Assembly (NCBI GenBank): GCA_021324855.1
Contig: JAJPIG010000009.1
Span: forward strand, 44,138-108,137
Length of the DNA stretch: 64,000 nucleotides
Source: Pseudomonadota bacterium
GTDB taxonomy: Bacteria > Desulfobacterota > Binatia > Binatales > Binataceae
Reading direction: 5' to 3'
This document shows positions 28,722 to 38,438 of this stretch, piece after piece. Under the pieces are notes generated by a model, which was not told where the DNA came from, did no database searches, and worked only from the letters and a program-made list of their open reading frames with translations. The position numbers were made by a program, and so were the translations under genes. Every line of letters starts with the position of its first letter. The first letter of the stretch is position 1.

Positions 28722-29513
28722 ATGAGCGGTTCACCACGCGTGGATATCACCGAGGCGGCGAGCATCCTGCTCGCCGCTGAAGCCGCCAAGCGCACTTGCG
28801 ACCAGCTCACCAAGCGCTGGCCGGAGATGAACGTTGACGACGCTTACGCGATCCAGGCGGAAGCCCTCAGGATGCGCCTCGCGCGCGGCGAGAAACTGGT
28901 CGGAATCAAGCTCGGTCTCACGTCGAAGGCCAAGCAAATTCAGATGAAGGTCGGATCGCCGACGACGGCCTGGCTGACTGATGCGATGCGCCTTGACGAA
29001 GGCCTGATGCCGGCGGGCGCCGCCGCCCATCCGCGCGCCGAGCCCGAGATCGTCGTCACGATCAACCGGCGGCTCCAAGGACCGGGTGTCACCGCGGCGG
29101 ATGCAATCGCCGCGCTGGGCGAGGTTCGCTGCGGGATCGAAATCCTCGACAGCCGCTACGAGAACTTCAAATTCACTTTGCAGGATGTCGTCTCGGATAA
29201 CGCTTCATCGGGCCGTTTCGTGCTCGGCAAGACCGTCATACCAGCGAGCCGGCTCGATCTTGTCGCCGAGGAATGCGTGTTAAAGATCGATGGGAAGCAG
29301 GTTGCCACGGCCACCGGCGCGGCCGTCATGGGCCATCCGGCCGAAGCGATCGCGTGGGCGGCGAATTTTCTCGCCGAGCGCGGTCATGCGATCGAAGCAG
29401 GCTGGATCATAATGACGGGCGGAATGACCGACGCCTTCGCGGTGAATCCCGGGGCGGAAGTCGTGGCATCGTTCACCCATCTCGGCACAGTAACTGTCAA
29501 GCGAGGAGCATGA
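28722..29513 (+). CDS. 2-oxopent-4-enoate hydratase / 4-oxalocrotonate decarboxylase family protein (MhpD/XylJ/XylI)
   Basis: DDAYAIQ, VGIKLGLTSKAKQ and the C-terminal IMTGGMTDA pattern. 263 aa. Confidence 0.8.
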   Translation: MSGSPRVDITEAASILLAAEAAKRTCDQLTKRWPEMNVDDAYAIQAEALRMRLARGEKLVGIKLGLTSKAKQIQMKVGSPTTAWLTDAMRLDEGLMPAGAAAHPRAEPEIVVTINRRLQGPGVTAADAIAALGEVRCGIEILDSRYENFKFTLQDVVSDNASSGRFVLGKTVIPASRLDLVAEECVLKIDGKQVATATGAAVMGHPAEAIAWAANFLAERGHAIEAGWIIMTGGMTDAFAVNPGAEVVASFTHLGTVTVKRGA

Positions 29514-29517
29514 AGTC

Positions 29518-29733
29518 ATGCCGTTGGTCGAAGTGTCAATGATCGAAGGACGGACACCGCAGCAGATTCGGTCGCTGCACGAGGCGATGACCGCCGCGGT
29601 CGAGACTACCCTCGGCGTTCCGCGCGAATCGGTCTGGGTCGTGATCCGGGAACTGCCGCCAAGCAACTGGGCCGAGGGCGGCATCACGATCGCCGAGCGG
29701 CGTGCGGCCGCATCCAAAACCAAGGTCGCCTGA
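29518..29733 (+). CDS. 4-oxalocrotonate tautomerase family enzyme
   Basis: MPLVEVSMIEGRTPQQIRSLHEAMTAAV, with the catalytic Pro directly after Met. 71 aa. Confidence 0.85.
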   Translation: MPLVEVSMIEGRTPQQIRSLHEAMTAAVETTLGVPRESVWVVIRELPPSNWAEGGITIAERRAAASKTKVA

Positions 29734-29815
29734 ATCCTTCCCGCCGGGTGCGGGACGAGAGCACGGTTCCGACAGGACAGCTTTTTCAAAAAAAATCACC
29801 AAGCAGGTTCGAACG

Positions 29816-31243
29816 ATGAAATTCGTCCCGCACGTGATCGACGGCCGCGAGGTCGAATCCCTTGACGGCAAGCGCTTCCAGAGCATCAATCCCTACACGC
29901 GCAAGCCGTGGGCGGAAGTCGCGATGGGCTCGCGGATGGACGCCGAGCGCGCCGTGGTTGCCGCGCGCCGGGCGTTCGACGAGGGACCGTGGCCCAAGAT
30001 GGGCTACAACGCCCGCGCGAAAATTCTCCATCGGCTCGCCGATCTGATGGAAAAGCATGTTGATGAGCTGGCCGAGGCCGATACCTGCGACATGGGCAAA
30101 CCGATCACGGACATGAAGGTCGCGGACGTGCCGCGCTCGGCGCATAACTTCCGCTTTTTTGCCGATTTCGCAAAGCTCGCCTCAGCTGAGAGCTTTCCCT
30201 CCGACACCGGCCATCACATGTACACGCGCTACGAGCCGGCGGGTGTGGTGGTCGCGATCGCGCCTTGGAATTTTCCGCTGATGCTCGAGACGTGGAAGAT
30301 CGCGCCGCCGCTTTCGTGGGGCAATACGGTCATCCTGAAGCCCGCCGAGGACACGCCGACTTCCGCCTCGATCATGGCGAAGCTGGCTCTGGAAGCCGGG
30401 ATGCCGCCGGGCGTGCTCAACGTCGTGCAGGGCTTCGGACCCGAGGCAGTCGGCCAGTTCCTGACCGAATCGCCCGAAATCGATCGGATCACGTTCACGG
30501 GCGAATCGGCGACCGGGCGCGCGATCGCGCGCGCGGCCTCCGCCAATTTGATCCCGGTCAGCTTCGAACTCGGAGGCAAGGGCGCCAATCTGGTGTTCGC
30601 GGATGCCGACCTCGACAAGGCAGTTCCGTGGTCGATTCGCGCGATCTTCTCCAATGCCGGACAGGTCTGCCTCGCCGGCAGCCGGCTGTTCGTCGAGGAC
30701 AGGATTTTCGACGCGTTCGTAGAGAAATTCGTCGCCGCCGCCAAGCAAATGGTGATCGGCGATCCGCTTGATGCGAAAACCCAGGTCGGTCCGCTGTCGT
30801 CCGAAACTCATTTCAAAAAGGTCTCGAGCTACTTCGATGCGATCGCGAAGGAAGGCGGTGAAATTCTGACCGGCGGTATCGGCGACGGATGGACGGTCAA
30901 GCCGACGGTGGTCGTAAATCCGCCGCTGAACTCGCGAGCCGTCCGCGAGGAGATCTTCGGTCCGGTCGTGATGGTGAATCGGTTCTCGGGCGAGGAGGAG
31001 GCCGTCCGGCTCGCGAACGACACCGTGTACGGATTAAATGCGATGGTGTTCACGGAAAGCCTTCGCAGGGCTCATCGAGTTGCTGCCGCACTCCATGCCG
31101 GCACGGTCTGGGTCAACTGCTTCTTCATCCGCGACTTGCGCGCGCCGTTTGGCGGCGTCGGCGACTCCGGCATCGGCCGCGAGGGCGGCTCCTATTCGCG
31201 CGAGTTCTGCACCGAACCCAAGGCCGTCGTGATGGAAATCTGA
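29816..31243 (+). CDS. NAD+-dependent aldehyde dehydrogenase (2-hydroxymuconic semialdehyde dehydrogenase-like)
   Basis: Start trimmed to the ATG at 29816 (MKFVPHVIDGREV...). ALDH motifs FTGESATGR, ELGGKGAN and the catalytic Cys in NAGQVCLAGSR. Context next to 4-OT and the extradiol dioxygenase. Confidence 0.9.
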   Translation: MKFVPHVIDGREVESLDGKRFQSINPYTRKPWAEVAMGSRMDAERAVVAARRAFDEGPWPKMGYNARAKILHRLADLMEKHVDELAEADTCDMGKPITDMKVADVPRSAHNFRFFADFAKLASAESFPSDTGHHMYTRYEPAGVVVAIAPWNFPLMLETWKIAPPLSWGNTVILKPAEDTPTSASIMAKLALEAGMPPGVLNVVQGFGPEAVGQFLTESPEIDRITFTGESATGRAIARAASANLIPVSFELGGKGANLVFADADLDKAVPWSIRAIFSNAGQVCLAGSRLFVEDRIFDAFVEKFVAAAKQMVIGDPLDAKTQVGPLSSETHFKKVSSYFDAIAKEGGEILTGGIGDGWTVKPTVVVNPPLNSRAVREEIFGPVVMVNRFSGEEEAVRLANDTVYGLNAMVFTESLRRAHRVAAALHAGTVWVNCFFIRDLRAPFGGVGDSGIGREGGSYSREFCTEPKAVVMEI

Positions 31244-31264
31244 CGCCGGGACGCGCCGCGGGCC

Positions 31265-32137
31265 ATGGCGAACGCAGCCATCCTCGATCCCGCCGCCGCC
31301 GGCGCCAGACGGTTCGAGGGCGAGGTGGCCGTAATCGCGGGGGCAGGGCAGGGTATCGGACGCGCGACGGCGCGACGCCTTGCCCAAGAAGGCGCAGCCG
31401 TGATGGCCGCTGACTTGATCGAAGCGAGTGCCGAGCGCGTCCGTTCCGAGCTCGTAGAGGCCGGCGCGAAGGCCGCGACCTTCGCCGGCAACCTTTCCGA
31501 ACTCGACAACTGCCGCGCGCTGATGGCGCGTACCAAAGACGTCTTCGGACGCATCGACGTGCTCGTTAACGTGGTTGGCGGCACTATCTGGACGCAATCG
31601 TTCCAGTATTACACGCCCGAGCAGATCGAAGCCGAGATTGCGAAATCGTTCTGGCCGCCAATGTTCCTTTGTTGGGCGGTGCTTCCCTACATGATCGAGC
31701 AGCGCGCGGGCGCAATCGTGAATCTGGCGACACATGCGGTCGCGAGCCGCTATCGCGTGCCGTACGCCGCGGCGAAAGGCGGCGTGATTGCGCTTACCAC
31801 GTCGCTCGCCAAGGAAGTTGCGCAATACGGGATTCGCGTCAACGTGATGGCGCCGCACGCGACGCAGGCCGATGATCGGGTAACGCCGCGCAATGCCGGA
31901 ATCGCGCTGGCCGCGTCCGAGTTGCCGCCGGAAGAGCGCGCGGAGCGTGATCGCTTCTTCGGCGACGGGTTCGTCGGCGAGCGGGTCGGTGAGTTTCTGG
32001 AACTCGAAATCCCGATGAAGCGTTTCAGCCGCGCCTCCGAGCAGGCCGCGGCCATCGCGTTTCTCGCCTCGGACGACGCGTCTTACATCACGGGCCAGGT
32101 GCTGCCGGTCGGCGGCGGCGCGACCTATCCGTTCTAA
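31265..32137 (+). CDS. SDR-family dehydrogenase, BenD/XylL-like (cis-diol carboxylate dehydrogenase-like), copy 1
   Basis: GAGQGIGRATA cofactor motif and VPYAAAKGGV (YxxxK). C-terminal FLASDDASYITGQVLPVGGG. Confidence 0.8.
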   Translation: MANAAILDPAAAGARRFEGEVAVIAGAGQGIGRATARRLAQEGAAVMAADLIEASAERVRSELVEAGAKAATFAGNLSELDNCRALMARTKDVFGRIDVLVNVVGGTIWTQSFQYYTPEQIEAEIAKSFWPPMFLCWAVLPYMIEQRAGAIVNLATHAVASRYRVPYAAAKGGVIALTTSLAKEVAQYGIRVNVMAPHATQADDRVTPRNAGIALAASELPPEERAERDRFFGDGFVGERVGEFLELEIPMKRFSRASEQAAAIAFLASDDASYITGQVLPVGGGATYPF

Positions 32138-32140
32138 GCC

Positions 32141-33022
32141 ATGGCGAACTCGGAAGCATCGCGGCCGGTTCTCGACCCTCGCGCGGCCGGCGCGCGCCGT
32201 TTCGTCGGTAAGGTCGTGGTCGTTGCCGGCGCGGGGCAGGGGATCGGACGCGCGTCGGCTCGCCGCTTTGGCGAGGAAGGCGCGTCCGTGATGGTCGCGG
32301 ATATCGTCGCAGCGAGCGCGCGCAAAGTTGCTGATGAACTCGGAGCGGCGGGGGTCGCAACAGGGACCTTCGTCGGCGATCTCTGCGAGCTCAAGGATTG
32401 CCGGGCTCTGATGGCGAGCACGAAGGAGCGCTTCGGACGGATCGACGTGCTCGCGGTCATCGTCGGCGGAACGATCTGGGCGCAGCCGTTTCAGTACTAC
32501 ACTCCCGAGCAGATCGAGGCCGAGGTGCGGCGCTCGTTCTGGGCGCCGATGTGGCTCTGCTGGTCGGCGCTCCCATATATGATCGAGCAGCGCAGCGGCG
32601 CGATCGTAAACTTGGCAACTTCGGCGGTCGTCGGTCGCTACCGCGTACCGTACGCAGCGGCCAAGGGCGGCGTGATCGCGCTCAGCACTTCATTGTCAAA
32701 GGAAGTTGCGCGCTATGGAATTCGCGTCAATGTGGTCGCTCCGCACGGCACCGATGCCGACGATCGCATCATCCCGCGCGACTACGGCGTAAATATCAAG
32801 GCGACTGAGCTTCCCCGGGAGGAAGCTGAGGAACGCGACCGACATTTCGGCGGCAAGGGCCTCTTCGGCGTCGGCGAAATGATTCGGACCGAAGTTCCGA
32901 TGGGGCGCAAGGCGGAGGCCGTCGAGCAGGCGGCCGCGATCGCGTTCCTCGCCTCGGACGACGCGTCGTACATCACCGGCCAGGTGCTGCCGGTGACCGG
33001 CGGCGCCACTTTTCCATTTTAA
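32141..33022 (+). CDS. SDR-family dehydrogenase, BenD/XylL-like, copy 2 (tandem paralog)
   Basis: Same motifs (GAGQGIGRASA, VPYAAAKGGV, FLASDDASYITGQVLPVTGG). Collinear with copy 1 along the whole length. 3-nt gap after copy 1. Confidence 0.8.
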   Translation: MANSEASRPVLDPRAAGARRFVGKVVVVAGAGQGIGRASARRFGEEGASVMVADIVAASARKVADELGAAGVATGTFVGDLCELKDCRALMASTKERFGRIDVLAVIVGGTIWAQPFQYYTPEQIEAEVRRSFWAPMWLCWSALPYMIEQRSGAIVNLATSAVVGRYRVPYAAAKGGVIALSTSLSKEVARYGIRVNVVAPHGTDADDRIIPRDYGVNIKATELPREEAEERDRHFGGKGLFGVGEMIRTEVPMGRKAEAVEQAAAIAFLASDDASYITGQVLPVTGGATFPF

Positions 33023-33092
33023 AAGCCGGGAGATCATTTCCGGAATCGGCCTATGGATTGTCCGGCTCCGGTGAGAGTAAGTTGAAAACACG

Positions 33093-33416
33093 ATGCTGAC
33101 CAAGTTTGTCGAAGCGGCCAAGAAGAGCCAGGTGCCGGAGGGCACCATGATGAGCGTCAAAGTGGGCGAGGAAGAAATCCTGATCGCCTGTGTTGACGGG
33201 AACTATTACGCAATCAGCAACATTTGCAGTCATCAGGGCGGATGGCTGGACCAGGGCGAACTGCTCAAGGAGAACTGCGAAGTGATGTGCCCGCTGCATG
33301 ACGGCGGGTTCGATCTGAAGACCGGTGAGCCGACTTCGGAACCGTGCAAAGTGCCGGTGGCGACTTACGGAGTCCGAATAGAAGGCGACGCCATCCTGGT
33401 CGGTCCTCCAGGCTAA
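33093..33416 (+). CDS. Rieske [2Fe-2S] ferredoxin component
   Basis: CSH...(18 aa)...CPLH Rieske ligands. 107 aa. Confidence 0.85.
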   Translation: MLTKFVEAAKKSQVPEGTMMSVKVGEEEILIACVDGNYYAISNICSHQGGWLDQGELLKENCEVMCPLHDGGFDLKTGEPTSEPCKVPVATYGVRIEGDAILVGPPG

Positions 33417-33449
33417 CACTGCCGCACATTTGGCGGCCAGGACTTCGCG

Positions 33450-34880
33450 ATGGGACTGATAAAGGGGTTTCAGAAGTTTCGCGGTGGATGGCCCGGTGGT
33501 TGGCGCCGTTACGCGATGGGCAGTCCGCGGCGCGAGCCGCCGTCGTTCGTTCAGCCCAGGAATCCTGACGACCGCCGGAGCCTGATCCCGCCGTTCGGCT
33601 TTCGCGAATACTGGTATCCGGCTCTGCCTGCGCGGGCCATCAAATGGCGCAAGCCGGTCGGCCTCAGAATCTGCGGCATCGACATCGTCCTGTTCCGCGA
33701 TCACGGCGGCACGGTTCGCGCGCTCTCGAACATCTGTCCCCATCGCGGCGCCTGGCTCTCATGGGGCGATTGCTTCTGGAAGGGCTTCATCAGTTGTCCA
33801 TACCATGGCGCGACTTTCGACGGTGACGGCAATTGTGTCGAGTTCATCACGGAGGGTCCGGACTCGAAAATGGTCGGGCGTCTGAAGGCGCGCGCCTTTC
33901 CGACCCGTACGCTCAAGGGGATGGTCTTCGTCTGGATGGGCGAGGACGCGGAGCATCCGGTCGCGATCGAAGAGGATGTGCCGCCGGAGTTCTTCGAGGG
34001 CCGCGAATCCGTGGTCCGCCACACAGTGCGCTATTGGCGCTGCAACTGGATGATCTCGCTCGAAAACTTTTTCGATTCGCACAACTTTTTCTGGGTCCAT
34101 CGAAACTCGATCTGGGTCGGGATGAATCGTTACGGTGGCCGACCGCGGACGCCAATCGGTTATCGCGCGCGGATCATCAACAACAAGACCGTGCAGGTGG
34201 TGAGCGGCGCGAACGAATACTACGCGGTCAACGGCACTATCCCACTGCAGATGTACTACCCGCGGGTACGCGGATGGTGGCCGAAGACGCCGCTTCGATG
34301 GACCTGGCTGTGGCTTACCGAGCGTATCCTGAGAATCAAGTTTCTGTGGCCGAAATTCGAGACACCGACTGAATGGGACGGTACGCGGCTGCCCGGCATG
34401 CAGCGGCTCTCGACCTGGAACGGGTTCTATACGCGATGGTCGGTGCCGGTTGAGGATCAGTTGACGCGGGTTTTTTATTTCCGTTCAGTGCGCCCGGTGA
34501 ACCGGCTCGATCGCTTCGCGCGATGGGTCGCGTGGCCATTTTACAACTTCGTGGTCCATTACAACTTCTCCGATCAGGACTACGACGCTATGCAGACCCT
34601 GAGCTATGAGTCGCCGGAGTTCCTCTCATCGACCGATTCGTACCTTGTGATGCTGCGCAAGCTCTTCACGACGCATGCGCGCGGCCTCAAGCGGACGGTC
34701 GAGGTCGCGGAGCAAACCACGGCTGAAAAGCTTCAGGCCGAAGCCGACCGTGGTTTCGGCGTCGAGCAGCGGAGCGATCAGGCTGCGGGAGCGAATGAGC
34801 GAGTGGGCGGCAGCGTCTCGCTCGAAGCGCATCGCAGCGGAATCGGCAATGGTTCGCGCCGCACATCGACGCCGAAATAG
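33450..34880 (+). CDS. Rieske non-heme iron oxygenase, alpha-subunit type (no beta subunit nearby)
   Basis: CPHRGAWLS...CPYHGATF Rieske site and a downstream iron-binding region ENFFDSHNFFWVH. The start is uncertain (33450 or the ATG at 33516). Confidence 0.8.
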   Translation: MGLIKGFQKFRGGWPGGWRRYAMGSPRREPPSFVQPRNPDDRRSLIPPFGFREYWYPALPARAIKWRKPVGLRICGIDIVLFRDHGGTVRALSNICPHRGAWLSWGDCFWKGFISCPYHGATFDGDGNCVEFITEGPDSKMVGRLKARAFPTRTLKGMVFVWMGEDAEHPVAIEEDVPPEFFEGRESVVRHTVRYWRCNWMISLENFFDSHNFFWVHRNSIWVGMNRYGGRPRTPIGYRARIINNKTVQVVSGANEYYAVNGTIPLQMYYPRVRGWWPKTPLRWTWLWLTERILRIKFLWPKFETPTEWDGTRLPGMQRLSTWNGFYTRWSVPVEDQLTRVFYFRSVRPVNRLDRFARWVAWPFYNFVVHYNFSDQDYDAMQTLSYESPEFLSSTDSYLVMLRKLFTTHARGLKRTVEVAEQTTAEKLQAEADRGFGVEQRSDQAAGANERVGGSVSLEAHRSGIGNGSRRTSTPK

Positions 34881-35010
34881 TCACTGCCGCGCATCGCGTT
34901 TTGTCGCCCGGCAAAAAATGAACAAAAGGTTGCAGCACTTTTAGGTACATGCTAAGCGGGTAGATAAATCTGCCCCCGCCAAAAAAATCCAAGCGAGGCA
35001 GGAGATTTCT

Positions 35011-36021
35011 ATGCTACAGCCAAAACAGTTGGGATACCTCGCGCTAGATGTCGCCAATCTCGAGTCCTCGCTGCGCTTCTATCAGGATGTCGTACATTTC
35101 GAGATTACTGAGGAGCGAGATGGGGCCGTCTACCTGACCGGCGGCATCCAGCATCACTGGCTCATCCTCAAGCAGAGCGACACGCCGGGCGTTAGCCGCG
35201 TGGCCTTCGAGATGGCGAATCCCGATGATCTTGAAGCGATTGAGAAGCGATTGCGGAGTGCCGGCGTCGAGGTCGAGCGCGGCGGTTCGCTGGCGCGCGA
35301 TCGCGTCGATCAGTACATCCGCTTCCGCGACCCCGACGGAATCATGATTGAGCTGTTCACCGATATGGTCACGATGCCGATGCCGCCGGCCTACGCGCAT
35401 CGAGTCCACATGAGCAAGCTGCTGCATACGGTGCTGCTCGAAAAGGACGTGAACAAGTCGGTGCCGTTCTATACCGATCTGCTCGGTTTCCAGATCTCTG
35501 ACTGGGTAGAGCGCTCGGCGGCCTTCATGCGCTGCGGCGATCATTATCATCATTCGCTCGGCGTCTTTGGCACGGGCGGCACCCGCACCTCAATCGATCA
35601 TGTATGTATCCTGGTGCCGACTCTCGACGACCTGATGAGAGCGCGCGCGAATGTGATGGCGCTGGGCGTGCCGTTCCGCAATGACCTGCTGAAACATGCG
35701 CCCTCGGGCTCGATTGCCATCTACCTGCGCGATGAGGCGAACAACCTGGTCGTCGAATTCTGCTGGGAGCATGGCCAGATCCTCGACGACGCTCATAGGC
35801 CGCGCGTCCTGCCCGCCATGCCCGAGACGCTCGACATGTGGCGCCTGGTTGGCCCGAGTCATGGCAAAGGGCTGCCATCGCGGATCGATCTCGTCGGAGG
35901 TAGTGGCGCGCCGCGAATCGGTGGCGACGGCGGCCAGGCGCATCCGATGTCCGAATCACAGGCGCTTAACTCGCTCGGCGTGCGCGACAGCGATGGCGCG
36001 CAGTTGACCAAGGCCAAGTAG
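35011..36021 (+). CDS. Second two-domain VOC/extradiol dioxygenase-like protein with a low-complexity C-terminal tail
   Basis: LGYLALDVANLESSLRFYQDV and HTVLLEKDVNKSVPFYTDLLGF start the two glyoxalase-fold modules. AGGAGA RBS 7 nt upstream of the ATG. Confidence 0.7.
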   Translation: MLQPKQLGYLALDVANLESSLRFYQDVVHFEITEERDGAVYLTGGIQHHWLILKQSDTPGVSRVAFEMANPDDLEAIEKRLRSAGVEVERGGSLARDRVDQYIRFRDPDGIMIELFTDMVTMPMPPAYAHRVHMSKLLHTVLLEKDVNKSVPFYTDLLGFQISDWVERSAAFMRCGDHYHHSLGVFGTGGTRTSIDHVCILVPTLDDLMRARANVMALGVPFRNDLLKHAPSGSIAIYLRDEANNLVVEFCWEHGQILDDAHRPRVLPAMPETLDMWRLVGPSHGKGLPSRIDLVGGSGAPRIGGDGGQAHPMSESQALNSLGVRDSDGAQLTKAK

Positions 36022-36087
36022 CGCAGAAGATGCGAAAGCATCGGAGCTTCCGGATTAACCCCGCTTCGGTTCGGCAGGGATAATCGA

Positions 36088-37140
36088 ATGGCTGAAGGCG
36101 CCCAAATCGTCCGGGTGGACTTCCATACTCACGTCTTTCCGGACAAGATGCCGCCGCTCGGCGCGCGCTATGGCGACGAGCGCTGGCCACGCCTCGAAAA
36201 GCAGGGCGATACCGGCCAGATAATGGTCGGATCGACGGCCTACCGGAAAATCGGCAGCGAAGCGTGGACGCTCTCGCGCCGCCTTGAGGACATGGATCGC
36301 GAGGCCGTCGACATCCAGGTCATCTCAGCGACGCCCATCACCTTCGGCTACTGGGGCAATGCCGAAGCGTGTCTCGAGCTTTCGCGATATCAGAACGACT
36401 TCATCGCTGGACTGGTGAGCGAACATCCGCGTCGGTTCGTCGGGCTGGGCACGGTTCCGATGCAGGACCCTGCGGCGGCGATCCGTGAGATGACCCGCGC
36501 GCGCCGCGAATTGAAGCTCGCCGGCCTTGAGATTGGCGCTTCGATCGACGGCAAGGGGTTGCATCTCCCCGAACTGCGGGATTTTTTCAAAGCCGCGGTC
36601 GAGCTGTCATGCCCGCTGTTCATCCATCCGACCAACGAACCGTGGTCGGTTCCCGAGCATCACAAGCGCGCGGCGATTCCGGGACTATACCAGACCGTCG
36701 GGATGCCGGGTGAGACGAATTTTGCCGCAGCCACGTTGATCCTGGGCGGCGTGATGAGTGAAATTCCCGGGCTGCGCATCTGCCTCGCGCATGGCGGCGG
36801 TACTCTCTGCTGGACGGTGCCCCGGATGGACTTCTTCTGGGCCAATACAGAAGTCGCCCGGAGCAAAGTACGGGTTGGCCCGGCCGAGACGCTGCGCTCT
36901 TTTTGGGCGGACACACTGACGTACGATGTCGATAATTTGCTGCTGCTAAGGGCGCGATTGGGCGCGGAGAAGCTGATGGTCGGGACAGACTATCCGTTCG
37001 AAGCTCGCGAGATTCCGCCGGGTGCGGTCCTCGATCGCGCGGAGAAATCGGGAAGTATTCCGAGTTCCGAAATAGCCGGGATGCGCGGAGCTAATGCTTT
37101 GCGTTTTCTAAATCTATCCAATTTTCCGGGGGTCCGATGA
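36088..37140 (+). CDS. Amidohydrolase_2 (ACMSD/LigW-type) decarboxylase or hydratase
   Basis: VDFHTHVFPDKM (HxH metal motif), CLAHGGGTL and the C-terminal GTDYPFE pattern of the ACMSD family. Confidence 0.8.
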   Translation: MAEGAQIVRVDFHTHVFPDKMPPLGARYGDERWPRLEKQGDTGQIMVGSTAYRKIGSEAWTLSRRLEDMDREAVDIQVISATPITFGYWGNAEACLELSRYQNDFIAGLVSEHPRRFVGLGTVPMQDPAAAIREMTRARRELKLAGLEIGASIDGKGLHLPELRDFFKAAVELSCPLFIHPTNEPWSVPEHHKRAAIPGLYQTVGMPGETNFAAATLILGGVMSEIPGLRICLAHGGGTLCWTVPRMDFFWANTEVARSKVRVGPAETLRSFWADTLTYDVDNLLLLRARLGAEKLMVGTDYPFEAREIPPGAVLDRAEKSGSIPSSEIAGMRGANALRFLNLSNFPGVR

Positions 37141-37373
37141 AATCAAATAGAAAGGGACGGGAGAGCAACAACCTCTGATCCGCTTTACCGCAAACGGTTT
37201 CCCCTGTTATGAGAATGTGCGTGACGTTGAGCTTGCGTTCGTGGCGAATTTGCGGTACGCGGATACCGCTTTAGTAAATAAATAAAAGCAGCCAGGCGGT
37301 CGTCGATGGGGGAGCAAGGCCTGTGGCCGAAGCGAGCAGCCGCAGGGCCAGAGGCTGGCCCTGTGCCTAACAG

Positions 37374-38438
37374 ATGAGACTAAACATAATTGGGCTCGAT
37401 AAAACTGTGAGAAGAAAACATCTCAGCTATCCGTTGGTTCTGTCGATACTTGGTTTTGCGGTTATTCTGATGGTCGGTTGCGAACCGCCGCTACCACCGA
37501 TCAAGCCGAGCAATCTCGTTATCCGCCCGTGGGAAGAGCTTTTCGGTGTCGCGATCAAACCGGGCTCGAGCGATTGCTATGTGGTTGGCACTGCCGGTTT
37601 GCTGCTGGTCTCGAATGATGGCGGCAAGACCTGGACGCGGCGCCGTCTGGACGAAGGGCGGCCCGGCAATCATCTTCATCAGGACCTCGATCTCTATGCG
37701 ATCAGCTTCGGTCCCGGCGGAAAAGAAGGATGGATCGTTGGCGAGCAAGGGCTGATTTTACACACCAGCGATGGCGGCGACACATGGCAGGTTCAGCACA
37801 GCAAGGCGACCACACAGTTGCTGTCTGTGGCTGCAGTAACCGACAAAGAAGTTTCTGCCGTCGGCGACCATGGCACGCTTATCTGGAGCAACGATGGCGG
37901 CCAGAGCTGGGAGGTGACCACCCTCAACAATCTGACGTTTTACAGCGTCGCTTTCACTGATCCGAACAATGGCTGGGTAGTCGGCGAGTTCCAGACCATT
38001 CTGCACTCGGGCGACGGCGGCAAGACTTGGCAGGTGCAGCGCGGCGGCAAGGTAGCCGACTTCACGGTCCCGCCGTACTTCGTGGTTGTGCCGCAAAGCG
38101 ATAACAACGTCATCGTTGCCGGACAAAGCGGCGTCTACGCGACCACCAAAGATGGCGGCAAGACCTGGCAGGATGGCAAGCTGCCAAGCGAACGCTCAAT
38201 TTACGGCGCGACAACCGCCAATGCCGCAAGCACGGCGGGTAGCGTATGGCTCGCAGGTGCCGAAGGAACGATTTTCGAAGGGGTGCCGGGAGCCGAATGG
38301 CAGACCAAGGACCCGACCTTCCAGGACCTGACAGCAGTGACCTCCACGCAGCATCTGGGAATCGCGGTCGGCCTCGGCGGCACCATCATGCGCACCGCGA
38401 ACGGCGAGAACTGGCAATTAATCACGGAGTCAAAATGA
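37374..38438 (+). CDS. Ycf48/BNR-repeat beta-propeller lipoprotein
   Basis: Lipobox-like ILMVGC after a signal helix. Five Asp-box repeats (SNDGGKTW, SDGGDTW, SNDGGQSW, GDGGKTW, TKDGGKTW). Confidence 0.8.
   Translation: MRLNIIGLDKTVRRKHLSYPLVLSILGFAVILMVGCEPPLPPIKPSNLVIRPWEELFGVAIKPGSSDCYVVGTAGLLLVSNDGGKTWTRRRLDEGRPGNHLHQDLDLYAISFGPGGKEGWIVGEQGLILHTSDGGDTWQVQHSKATTQLLSVAAVTDKEVSAVGDHGTLIWSNDGGQSWEVTTLNNLTFYSVAFTDPNNGWVVGEFQTILHSGDGGKTWQVQRGGKVADFTVPPYFVVVPQSDNNVIVAGQSGVYATTKDGGKTWQDGKLPSERSIYGATTANAASTAGSVWLAGAEGTIFEGVPGAEWQTKDPTFQDLTAVTSTQHLGIAVGLGGTIMRTANGENWQLITESK

Noticed and set aside
34943-34958. Sigma-54-like GG-N10-GC spacing (AGGTACATGCTAAGC) upstream of the second VOC dioxygenase gene.
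   Set aside because: Only the GG and GC dinucleotides and two further positions match TGGCAC-N5-TTGCW. No enhancer-binding protein gene is nearby. The match is too weak to call.
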